A DNA stretch of 64,000 nucleotides, taken from a virus. Its lineage: Duplodnaviria > Caudoviricetes. The notes below the pieces were generated by a model that ran no database searches, was not told the origin of the DNA, and saw only the letters and a program-made list of their open reading frames with translations. Location: positions 3,069 through 67,068 of the IMG/VR virus record IMGVR_UViG_3300043620_000032; one strand, 5' to 3'. Positions 7,926-17,700 of the stretch are shown here, one piece after another (the stretch's first letter is position 1; every line of letters starts with the position of its first letter). A program made the position numbers and the translations under genes.

Positions 7926-8159
7926 ATGACCCTCGGTGAATATCGCGTCGGCATCACATTCAATCCTAGCAAGGATGAGATGGTCGACAAGATCAAGCGT
8001 ATAGCAGCTGATCTGATCGATCTAATCAATGACATTCATAGTGACGATTCTGGTGGTGACGATTCCGAACTCAGGCGGCTCAAGGCGCTGGCCATGACCC
8101 ACGTCGAGGATGCCGCCATGTGGGCGGTCAAAGCTCAGACCAAACCACCATTTGCTTGA
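7926..8159 (+). CDS. Acb2/Tad1-like helical-hairpin protein (candidate anti-defence)
   Basis: GGAG RBS; FNPS...KIKRIAADLIDLI...RLKALAMTHVEDAAMWAVKA. Confidence 0.6.
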   Translation: MTLGEYRVGITFNPSKDEMVDKIKRIAADLIDLINDIHSDDSGGDDSELRRLKALAMTHVEDAAMWAVKAQTKPPFA

Positions 8160-8496
8160 GAAAATCATCAAGCTGGCGGTGCACAAACGCCTCAAGGAAG
8201 TTGGGGCGTTTCAACATTGGCCGGTACAGATGGGGATGGGCGATCGTTGCCTGGACTGCCACGGTTGCTATCAGGGCGTATATTTTGCGATCGAGACCAA
8301 GCGCCCTGGTGCTACGCCCACTAAAATTCAGTGGGTGACCATAGAAAATATACAAGCTGCCGGCGGATTAGTGTTTGTAATTGATTCCTTGGAGGCTGCC
8401 CGTGCCCTGTTCTCCGATCATCCACCCCCAATCGCAGAAATTACTCGTCCCCTACGACCGCGTTTGCGCGTTGTGGCCAGACGCGCAGACCATTAA
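8152..8496 (+). CDS. VRR-NUC domain nuclease
   Basis: TTG start; E-K...GMG-D-LDC...FAIETKRPG-TPT-IQ...I-AAGG-VFVID. Confidence 0.8.
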   Translation: MLEKIIKLAVHKRLKEVGAFQHWPVQMGMGDRCLDCHGCYQGVYFAIETKRPGATPTKIQWVTIENIQAAGGLVFVIDSLEAARALFSDHPPPIAEITRPLRPRLRVVARRADH

Positions 8497-9997
8497 TTAC
8501 CGCAACGAAAAATATTCTATTTTTCCGCACCATCCCTACAGCCAGATTCAATTGCGTGCTGTCAATCTCGACGTCCCGCCGCCGATTCTATATTATTTCG
8601 ATTGGGCCAGTGCCGACGGCACCAAGCCATTTCATGTGCAGAAACAGACGGCTGCGCTCGCCACTTCGTACCAGCGGGCCTACATTTTGAACGATATGGG
8701 GACCGGCAAGACGCGAGCTGCGCTCTGGAGCTGGTTTTATCTGCGTCAGGCTGGGGTCGCTAAAAAATTACTAGTCGTCGCTCCGCTGAGCACCCTGAAA
8801 TTTGTTTGGCTGCACGAAATCAGCCTGATCATGCCGCAGGTCAAGGCTGCTGTACTGCACGGCAGCCAGAAGCAACGCTTGGCGGCACTCGACAGCGATG
8901 CTGACATTTACATTATCAACCACGATGGCCTCAAAACCGTCGTGCTGGAGCTGCAGGGACGCACCGACATCGACACCATGATCCTCGATGAGCTTGCGGT
9001 CTACCGCAACAACAGCCAACGCTTCAAGCGCATGCAGGCGTTCGCGCAACGCTTCACCTGGGTCTGGGGCATGACCGGCCGGCCGATGCCGCAATCTCCT
9101 GTGGATGTTTGGGCACAATGCAAGATTCTCACGCCGCAGAATGTTCCCAAGTTCAAGAGCTGGGCAAAAACTGCGCTGATGCAACAGGTTGACATCTATA
9201 AATGGGTGCCAAAAGAGGGTGCGATCGAGACTGCCTTCAGCTGGATGCAGCCGTCGGTGCGCTACTCCTTGGATGACGTTACGGAGTTACCAGAGGCGAT
9301 CGTCCGCACGCTAGATGTAGAGTTGAGCGAAGAGCAGACTGCCATATATCGAGAGGTTGTAACCCAATATATCGCCTGGATCGATGAGCAGAGGATCACG
9401 GCTGCGAACGCCGCGGTCGCATTCGGGAAGCTGTTGCAAATTGGCTGCGGCTATGTCTACTCTCTCTCACCGCAATACGCGACACTCGACTCAAGCCCGC
9501 GTCAGCAGCTTTTTCTCGATTTGCTCGAGGAAGCGGCGCATAAGGTCATTGTGTTCTGCCCTTGGCGGCATCTAGTCGACAACCTGTCGCTATTGCTGAC
9601 CGAAGAAGAGGTCGACCATGCCGTGGTTCATGGAGAAACTACGCTCAAGAAACGCGGCGAAATCTTCAGTGCTTTCCAAAACACCAGTCAATACAAAGTC
9701 CTTTTGGCGCATCCCGCCTGCCTACACCACGGGGTGACGCTGACGGCTGCAACGACCATCATCTGGTACTCACCAGTGGCGTCGTTGGAGATTTACGAGC
9801 AGGCGAACGCCCGCATCAGACGGGTCGGGCAGAAACACAAGCAATTGTTTCTGCACCTGCAAGCGACCGCCGTAGAGCGTAAAGTCTACGCGATGCTGCG
9901 TGCTAAACAACGAATGCAGAATGCATTCCTTGATCTCATAAAAACGTCGATCACATCACTCAACGGAGTAGACCATGACCAACCAAGAACTAGCTGA
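8402..9997 (+). CDS. SNF2-family (SF2) DNA helicase
   Basis: GGAGG RBS and GTG 8402; DMGTGKT, ILDE, MTGRP, QANARIRRVGQ. Confidence 0.9.
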   Translation: MPCSPIIHPQSQKLLVPYDRVCALWPDAQTINYRNEKYSIFPHHPYSQIQLRAVNLDVPPPILYYFDWASADGTKPFHVQKQTAALATSYQRAYILNDMGTGKTRAALWSWFYLRQAGVAKKLLVVAPLSTLKFVWLHEISLIMPQVKAAVLHGSQKQRLAALDSDADIYIINHDGLKTVVLELQGRTDIDTMILDELAVYRNNSQRFKRMQAFAQRFTWVWGMTGRPMPQSPVDVWAQCKILTPQNVPKFKSWAKTALMQQVDIYKWVPKEGAIETAFSWMQPSVRYSLDDVTELPEAIVRTLDVELSEEQTAIYREVVTQYIAWIDEQRITAANAAVAFGKLLQIGCGYVYSLSPQYATLDSSPRQQLFLDLLEEAAHKVIVFCPWRHLVDNLSLLLTEEEVDHAVVHGETTLKKRGEIFSAFQNTSQYKVLLAHPACLHHGVTLTAATTIIWYSPVASLEIYEQANARIRRVGQKHKQLFLHLQATAVERKVYAMLRAKQRMQNAFLDLIKTSITSLNGVDHDQPRTS

Positions 9998-10409
9998 ACC
10001 AGAGACAGAATATAAATTCGATGAACTAGTCAAAGCCTTCGTCGACACTCGCAGTGTGATCAAGGACATCGAAGAACGGCACAAGCAAGAACTCAAAAAC
10101 CCCCTTCGGCTCAAAGAACTTCTGACCGAACAGCTGCTGAAAAAGCTCAAGCAGACCGGCCAGGAGATGGCTCGCACCAAGTTCGGCACCGTGACTGCCG
10201 TGACACACGATACGGCGTCCTGCTCAGATCCTGACCTGTTCATACATTATGTCAGCGAGCATGATGCTTACGACCTTCTGGATCGTCGGCCTAACAAGAC
10301 CGCTTGCAAAGAATTTCTAAAAATTAACGGTGAGTTGCCGCCAGGAGTAAAACTCAACAGCAAACAGGACGTCAATGTCCGTAACATCAAGAAAGAGGAG
10401 AATCTCTAA
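9975..10409 (+). CDS. Conserved phage replication/recombination-associated protein
   Basis: Coiled-coil N-terminus, RTKFGTV, ELPPGV; position between helicase and SSB. Confidence 0.65.
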   Translation: MTNQELAEPETEYKFDELVKAFVDTRSVIKDIEERHKQELKNPLRLKELLTEQLLKKLKQTGQEMARTKFGTVTAVTHDTASCSDPDLFIHYVSEHDAYDLLDRRPNKTACKEFLKINGELPPGVKLNSKQDVNVRNIKKEENL

Positions 10410-11446
10410 TGGCTGCGGGTAACGGAAAAATTCAGGTTGCTGACAAATTCAAGCACCTTGATCCACACCACACGCTGTCGGACAGCATCCGCGCCGGCAA
10501 TTTCCATTCCATCAGAATGAAGGGTAAAATCTGGAAGCTGCAGACTGGCGGTGAACTCTATTCCTACATCCAGGCTGATGGTCACCCCCTGCCCTATCTT
10601 GATGTGGTGATCATCGGCATTCATCCCGGTCCGGGGAATTCTAGGGTATACTATCCCGGCACCTACCAGGAAGATTCCACCAATCCGCCGACCTGCGCTA
10701 GCTTGAATGGCGTGATCCCCGATGCCGGCGTGCCAATTCCGCAGAACAAGACCTGCAATGGCTGTAAGCACGATCAGTGGAAGCCCAACCGCGGTGGCAA
10801 GGACTGCAAGGAACACAAACGCATCGCAATCATACCGCTGCCCTACATGAAGACCAAACCGGCGCTGAAAGAGCCGATGAAGGAGCCGGTATTCTTCAAG
10901 GTGCCGCCAGCCAGCCTAAAGATCTGGAAGGCCTATACCGACGATCTGCAGGATCGCGATGCTCCCTACGCCGCCGTGATCACCAGAATCATGTTCAGTC
11001 CCGACAAGCTGTTTGAGATATCGTTCAAATATCTCAAGTCGCTCACCAATGCCGATTCCGAATTGATCCTGCCTCTGCTGGATTCTGCGGCAACCAAGAA
11101 CATCCTCGGCAGCATGCACGAGTACAAGCAGATCGGCGCTGTGCCGCCCATGGATACCCCCCAGGAGACTGGATTTGCCGCTGCTTTCGGCAAGCAGGCA
11201 GCTCCGATCGAAGCCACAGCCAACGTTCCAGCCAAGCGTGGTCCAGGACGGCCGAAAAAGCAGGTCGAGCCTGAAGAGACGGTCAAAGCAGCTGATGAGC
11301 AAGAGTCGCAAGAGTCGCAAGAGTCGCAAGAAGGTGGTGAAGCCGGGAGCGAAGACGAGGCCTCTTCGTTCCAGGAAGTTCAGCAGGACGATGAGCTTGA
11401 CAACATGATGACCGAGGTTTTGGGCAAAGCTGGCAAACCAATGTGA
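10409..11446 (+). CDS. Putative single-stranded DNA-binding protein
   Basis: GAGGAG RBS; beta-rich core with Cys (CNGC...CK), long acidic C-terminal tail with QES x3; synteny. Confidence 0.6.
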   Translation: MAAGNGKIQVADKFKHLDPHHTLSDSIRAGNFHSIRMKGKIWKLQTGGELYSYIQADGHPLPYLDVVIIGIHPGPGNSRVYYPGTYQEDSTNPPTCASLNGVIPDAGVPIPQNKTCNGCKHDQWKPNRGGKDCKEHKRIAIIPLPYMKTKPALKEPMKEPVFFKVPPASLKIWKAYTDDLQDRDAPYAAVITRIMFSPDKLFEISFKYLKSLTNADSELILPLLDSAATKNILGSMHEYKQIGAVPPMDTPQETGFAAAFGKQAAPIEATANVPAKRGPGRPKKQVEPEETVKAADEQESQESQESQEGGEAGSEDEASSFQEVQQDDELDNMMTEVLGKAGKPM

Positions 11447-11499
11447 GGTAGCGCGCCTGGCGAATTCAGGCATGAGACGGCAGATGCGGTGCGGCAACC

Positions 11500-14442
11500 G
11501 TGGATATACGGAGATTTCTCACAGCTGTCATAGCCTGGGAATCTGGAGGCTATGTCACCGTCCACTGGTATCGCAAGGACCACGAAAAATGGTTCGGGCG
11601 GTCGCACCAGACGATCGACGACGTCTTCGTAACCATCAAAGATCTTGAAACTAGAGATATTTACGATGTCTACTTCTGCCTCTCCACTCAATCCGAGAAC
11701 CGCGGCACTCGTTCCCGAAAAAACGCCAAGGCGTTGCGGTCGCTGTTCGCCGACATGGACGTCGACCCTGACAATCCCAAGAAATACCCCACATTGCGGG
11801 CAGCGTTCGACGCCCTGATCAACTTCTGCCGGTTGCTGGAGATCCCGCTGCCGTCCTACGTGGTGAAATCAGGCGGCGGGCTGCATGCCTACTGGGTTTC
11901 CGACCGCGATCTGTTGGTCGACGAGTGGCAGCGGTTTGCCGATGTGTTCAAGACCGCGGCCATTGCCTCCGACTTCAAGATCGATCTCGCCGTGACCGGC
12001 GATGCCTCGCGCATTTTGCGCTTCCCAGGCACCTATAACCGCAAGCTGGACAATCCACGGCCGGTGCTGTTGCTGGAAAACTGCAACGGCTTGCAGCACA
12101 ATTTCGAAGAAATATTCAAAAAAACCCTCGAGCAATTTCCCAACTCGGGTTCACGCCGCAAGGATACCCGGAAGATTCACACTGCGGACTCGTTCAAGCA
12201 TCTGGATCCGCATCATACCCTCAACGACGGCATCATCATTCGGGATGCGCCACTGCTGCCGTTCGAGCCAATCAAAGCTGAATGCGGCTGGCTGCGGGAT
12301 ACCCACGACACCGGTGGCGAACTCTACGACAACAATTTCTGGCATGCCGCGGTGCTGTGCGCCACGTTCCTCGAAGACGGTCGTGACCTGGCGCACGAGT
12401 TCAGCAAGGACTACCCGCGCTACCTGGTTGCCCAGACCGAAGAGCTGTGGGAGCGTAAATTACGCGATCGCGAGCTGAAGGATATCGGCTGGCCCTACTG
12501 CGTGACGATCAAAAACTACGGCTGCACGTCGTGTCAGAGCTGTCCGCATCTGCACAGGGGCAAAAGCCCGCTCTCGATCGGCTACGAGGCCGTCCTCAAC
12601 GAGGTCCACGACCGGGAAATGAAGGAGCTAGGCGGCAGCCGGCCGCACCAGCTGCGGCTGCCAGAGGGCTTCTGCATCGACCCACAGGGGCGGCTGTGTG
12701 CCTTCATCCCCAGCCTGGACAAGGGCAACAAAGTCAGTGCGCCGCAGATGATATGGCTGTGGAGCAACAGCTTTAGTGAACCAAAGCTGGAGTCCCAGGA
12801 CAACATTGGCGGCGTCAGCTTTACGGTGCGCGCGACCCGCAATAATGAAAATGAGGTGTTTTTGAACACCATCACCGTCCACGCTAACCAGGGCCTATTC
12901 AAGACCCTGACAACCAAGGGGGTTCTCGTGAATCCTGATGAATATGCCAAAAAGCTGACCGAGAAATTCGCCACCTCCTGGCTCGACAAGCTGCAGATCG
13001 AGGACGCTCCAACCCCACGCGACCTAACCATGGGCTGGCGCTACGAAGGCGGCCGGCTCGTTGGTTTTGTCTACGGCAACCAGCTCTTTCGTGAAGACGG
13101 CACTGTGCTCCCGATAGTGGGCGGCACCGACGACGAATTCCGCTCCTGGTACACGCCGGTCGGCGAACGTGAAATCTGGGTCGAATCTGCCAAGCTGCTC
13201 ACCGACCGCCAACGGCCGGAGCTGGATATCCTGATCGCGGCCGCCTTTGCCGCCCCCCTGACCGTGTTCGCTGGCACGCTGTACGGCCCTGTCCTGATCG
13301 AATGGGGCGAGCCAGGGACGTCGAAATCAACTGCTCAGCAGGTCGCGGCCGCGGTCTGGGGGCATCCCAAGCAAACCAGAGAAAGCCTTGCCAGCACGCC
13401 CAAGTCGATCCAGGGCCGACTGGGCCGCACCCGCAATCTGCCGGCTTATTGGGATGATGTGCAGGATGAACGACATCTGGAGGCGCTGTTCCAGACCATG
13501 TTTGTCGCCAGCGAAGGGGCCGAAGGCGGCCGGCTCAACCCCGATGCCAGCTACAAAGTGCGTCTGCAGTGGCAGACCATCTTGGTGGCGTGCGCCAATG
13601 CCTCGTTCGTGGAGTATCTCACGCGCAAACAGAAGAGCACCACTGCTGGAATGAGGCGCGTGTTCGAGATCGAGTTCAATCGGCAGCCGGAAGGCGAGCC
13701 TGGCATGATCAATGGGTTACGAGCGAGCCAGACCTTCGCCAAGCTCGAGCACAATTACGGGATGATCGGTACTGATTATGCTGCGTTCCTAGGACGCAAG
13801 CATGTCGAAGTCAGCACCTTGGTGCAAAAAGTGATCGACCGCTTCACTGCCAAGGTCGAAGGCACGGGTGACGAATCCTACTGGACCGGGCTATGTGGCG
13901 TGCTAATTGCTGGTGCCATGCTGTCGCGCCAGTTCGGTGCCGAGATCAGCATCCAGCGGATGGAAAATTTCCTGGTCAAGACCTTTATAGCGAACCGGCG
14001 TGTTCGCGCAGTAGAAGGCACAGAGGCCGGCACCTACGATCACACCGAACACGCCATCACCGGATTCCTCAACGAATATTTCGGTAAGGGAAATTTTCTA
14101 ATCACCAAGCAGATGTACAAGGACCGGCACAATGAAGTGAATATATTGACCGAACCAAATGTTGGTCGCCCACCCTACATCCGGATCTGCCGTGATGACC
14201 GCACGATCGTCGTGTCCAAACGAGCGTTGCGGCAATATCTGAATGACAACGATATCCGTTCTCGCCAGGTGTTCGCTGGCTTGGAAAAATATTTTTACGC
14301 CAAAGAAGCCAAGCTAACGATAGGAGCCGGCACCGAGTACTCACAGGCCCAGGAGCTGTGCTTCGTGATGGTCGTAAAGAGCGATGACAGCGCCCTCTAC
14401 GACATCTTGACGTCCAAAGGTGAGCCTACGTCCGCGGCTTGA
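11500..14442 (+). CDS. Primase (RepB/AEP-like) fused to Zn-binding region and DUF927/Cch-type helicase
   Basis: FADMD, SGGGLHAYW, SRILRFPGT; CTSCQSCP; Walker A GEPGTSKST, Walker B YWDD. Confidence 0.88.
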   Translation: MDIRRFLTAVIAWESGGYVTVHWYRKDHEKWFGRSHQTIDDVFVTIKDLETRDIYDVYFCLSTQSENRGTRSRKNAKALRSLFADMDVDPDNPKKYPTLRAAFDALINFCRLLEIPLPSYVVKSGGGLHAYWVSDRDLLVDEWQRFADVFKTAAIASDFKIDLAVTGDASRILRFPGTYNRKLDNPRPVLLLENCNGLQHNFEEIFKKTLEQFPNSGSRRKDTRKIHTADSFKHLDPHHTLNDGIIIRDAPLLPFEPIKAECGWLRDTHDTGGELYDNNFWHAAVLCATFLEDGRDLAHEFSKDYPRYLVAQTEELWERKLRDRELKDIGWPYCVTIKNYGCTSCQSCPHLHRGKSPLSIGYEAVLNEVHDREMKELGGSRPHQLRLPEGFCIDPQGRLCAFIPSLDKGNKVSAPQMIWLWSNSFSEPKLESQDNIGGVSFTVRATRNNENEVFLNTITVHANQGLFKTLTTKGVLVNPDEYAKKLTEKFATSWLDKLQIEDAPTPRDLTMGWRYEGGRLVGFVYGNQLFREDGTVLPIVGGTDDEFRSWYTPVGEREIWVESAKLLTDRQRPELDILIAAAFAAPLTVFAGTLYGPVLIEWGEPGTSKSTAQQVAAAVWGHPKQTRESLASTPKSIQGRLGRTRNLPAYWDDVQDERHLEALFQTMFVASEGAEGGRLNPDASYKVRLQWQTILVACANASFVEYLTRKQKSTTAGMRRVFEIEFNRQPEGEPGMINGLRASQTFAKLEHNYGMIGTDYAAFLGRKHVEVSTLVQKVIDRFTAKVEGTGDESYWTGLCGVLIAGAMLSRQFGAEISIQRMENFLVKTFIANRRVRAVEGTEAGTYDHTEHAITGFLNEYFGKGNFLITKQMYKDRHNEVNILTEPNVGRPPYIRICRDDRTIVVSKRALRQYLNDNDIRSRQVFAGLEKYFYAKEAKLTIGAGTEYSQAQELCFVMVVKSDDSALYDILTSKGEPTSAA

Positions 14443-14638
14443 TCGGCTTCAAACTCTTGCTGTCGCCCTCGGGATCGGCCAGCGGGTCTTTCTTGGCACC
14501 GTAATCAGTCTTCTGCTTATCGGTCCGGAAGGAGTCTGGCACCTTCATGAAGCGGCTGCGCGAGGTGACCACCTCACCACCCTGAGCGAATTTGGCGCTG
14601 ACCGGTCCCTTGCCCTTGCTGCCTGCGCTGTATCTCAT
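14426..14638 (-). CDS. Small basic virion-associated protein with FAQGG motif
   Basis: ATGA overlap at 14638; MRYSAGSKGKGPVSAKFAQGGEVV. Confidence 0.65.
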   Translation of the reverse strand: MRYSAGSKGKGPVSAKFAQGGEVVTSRSRFMKVPDSFRTDKQKTDYGAKKDPLADPEGDSKSLKPIKPRT

Positions 14639-14796
14639 TTGCGTTTTCCCTTCGGTTTGCTCTCGGAGATTGCGATCGCGATCGCCTGCTTGCGGTCGGT
14701 GACCTCCGGCCCGGTCTTGGAGCCAGAGCGTAGCCTGCCGGCTTTGAACTTGTGCATGACGTCTTTGATGGTCGCCTGACCTTTGCCCTTTGGCAT
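14635..14796 (-). CDS. DUF6496-like small basic protein (53 aa)
   Basis: KDVMHKFKAGRLRSGSKTGPEVTDRKQAIAIAISE; not in ORF track, ATGA-coupled at both ends. Confidence 0.8.
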   Translation of the reverse strand: MPKGKGQATIKDVMHKFKAGRLRSGSKTGPEVTDRKQAIAIAISESKPKGKRK

Positions 14797-17700
14797 CACT
14801 GCACCCGTTGTCGCTTGCGCTCCTGGATATCTCTTTGCCGCTGTTCGGCCTTGCCTTGCAGCTCAATTCCGCGCTTGGCAGCATCGATCATCATCAAGGT
14901 GGTGACGTCGATCGACGTACGCTTGTCGGCTGACGACATATCCTTGTCGGTATTAAATTTCTCGATGGCGTCACGGTAGCCTTTCAATCGCTTGGCAGTC
15001 TCGTCGCCAGTCCAGGCATTCTTGTCTCCACCGGCCTTGGCGGTCTGGCCATCCTTGCGCAGATCATAGAAGTCCTGGATTGATTGTGCGCCACTTTGCG
15101 GGAAGCGCGCAACAAATGCCTTGATGCCAGGGATATCGGCCCAAGTGCGTTCCGCTGCCGGCGGCAGCTCCTTACCCGACAACGCATTGATGGCCTTGTC
15201 GATGCCACTGACAACATGCGAGCCCAACCCACCACTCAATTGCCTGATGTAATTATCGATGATGATCGGCGAGCCCAGCTGGCCGACTGGTTTTTCACCG
15301 GCTACCGATCGGATTGCGCCTGCGAGCAATTTAGCGGTCTCGCTGGTGCCGCCGGTGAATTGCTGGGCCTGTGGTTTCTTGGCCGTCGTTTCCGGTGACA
15401 TCAATGGCCGCTGCAGGAAATCGCTCCAGTTGGCCTGCTGCTCCTTTATTGGTCGATAGGCTTGCGGAATGAAACTTGGCGATAAAGCATCCACGACCGA
15501 GTCGGCAACATGCTTGAAAGCGTTCGGCTTGTGCTGCAACCACGACTCCATGATGCGCTCTGGGATCGAACCAAAAATCTGCCCTTCGGCAAACGGCTTG
15601 GGAAGCCGCCAGAGCGTGCCGTGATTGTACTGCATCGCGCCGGTCTGCGGATCCTTGCGGAACCAGGCATCGGTATTGTCGGCCCGGAGTTTTTTCTCCA
15701 TCGCCGGCGTGACATTGCGCCAGTCATTGGTCGGGATGATCCAGAACAGCATCTTCTGCCATTGCGGTAGCTCCTGGTAGCGCGGATCGTCCTTATTGAG
15801 CATCCACAGTGCGACCGACGGCACCGTGATGGCTGCCATGGTCTTGACGAAAGTGCCGGTGGGATCGTTCTTAAATGCGCGAGCAAAACGATCGAGGCCC
15901 TGGACGTTGGCATTGAAGAACGGAATGAGCGCGTTGGCGACCCGCATGGTTGGAAAACCACCCATGCGTCCGAAGTCGATGGTGAGTTCGCGTGCGTTAA
16001 AGGCTGCTGCCGATGAGGTCTTGCCGCCCTTAACATCACGCATGTGTGCGCCAAATCGGGTGGCGTTCTCCATCTGCTCCGAAAAACCTCGCAGCACATC
16101 CAACATCATTCTTGGGATCTGATGTGGATGCACAACGACGTTTTCCAATTTGCCGTAGAACGACCGCGGCTCCATGCTCAATAGCTTGCGATCGAACGAC
16201 ACCAGGTTGGCGTTGGCCCCGCCTTCACGCATCCATTTATTGAATTCCTTCGCTACATCCGGCTTGAAAAATCGTTCCAAGCTCGTGGCAGCATCGTAAA
16301 ACGGGATGTAGCCCTTGATGCCTTCTGCCTGAATGAATGCCGTGGCCTGGTCGCGGAAGATATTCTTGATACCGAACTCGGGAGTCAGCGTGGCACCACC
16401 CCGCAGCAAGCGTGCCGGGGTGCCGAGTACTTTCCACAACATCCCCAATGCTGGCTTATCGTAGCCGGCAACGACTCTGGCCATATCTTTCGGTATGTCG
16501 TAGATTTGTTCCTTGCCGTTTTCAAAATAGCGCAGCTTGCCGCTCTCCGGTGCATAGGTCTTGGCATCGAGGAACCGCATTCGTTCGATCGTGTCTTCTG
16601 GAATGCCGGCATCGAGCATGCGCTGGCGCTGCTCGGTCGACATTTGCAATGGTGAGTCAGATCGCGACTTCCGCATGAAGCCTTCGCCACCGGCTTTGAC
16701 GAGAGCATCGTTAGCCCGCTTCATGGACCGGTGGACTTCGTTCTTCTCGGCCAGGTCGGCCAGCATCGCAGTGTTCTTGAGCACCGAGTTAAGTGGTTCC
16801 TTAAATTGTCGTTCGGAGCCTTTCATCTTCTCGATCGGATCCTTGACCGTAAGTCCGCCGCCAGTGCGGAACATGTCACCCATCTCGGATTTGGGATCGA
16901 GCGTGCGGTAGAGCGGGATGTAGTCCTTATTGGCTGCTTCGATCTTGGTAATGCCTTCCTCGCCAACGAGGTGCTTGGCCATTCTGAGCATGGCACTCTG
17001 AAATTCATTCAATTCCTTGAATGTCTGCCCCCACTTGCTGCCAAGCTCTGCCACCGTCTGATTGGCTTCCTTCAGCGGGACGCCGGTCTTTATGCCCTGC
17101 CCTTCTTTCTCGATCACCCGCTTGGCAACGGCGTATTCCTCAAATGCTTTTTTATCGACCATGATTTTCTTGAGAATCGGATCCAATGCCGGACCGATGA
17201 CCTTCCGGGTCTCGGGATCGAACGGTCCCTCCCGATAGATCGACTCCAGTTTGCCACCGAGACCCTTGATGGACCGCGCCAGGCGATGGAAATCCTCTTC
17301 CCGCTCGAGTGGTCGACCAAGCTCTCTTTCGACTGCTGCTGCCCTGCGGGCATAGGGATGCAGTGCGTTAAACACCCCTTCGTAGCCGCGGTGGACGAGA
17401 TCCTTTGCCTGATCGAAACTGCGCGGCAGATTGTCGGTCCAGCTCGGATCTGCCGCAATGCGATCGCGAATCGCCTGCCTGGCCGGTGATATTGCTTCCC
17501 CTTTCCCCGTAACCCGTGACAACAAGGACGGTTTTGTCGGAGTTGTCGGAGTTGTCGGAGTTGTTTGTCGGAGTTCTGTCGGAGTTTTTGCTGCTGTAGC
17601 CGGATTTGGTTTTTCTCCGCGAGCACGCAAAGCATCCGAAAACACTGCTTTTTGCACCCGCGGAATATCAGTGCGAGCAATTTCGGCCTGCAGCTGCTCA

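Noticed and set aside
14639-14884. N-terminal half of the 152-aa ORF 14426-14884
   Set aside because: That DNA encodes the DUF6496-like gene in another frame; the real gene starts at 14638.
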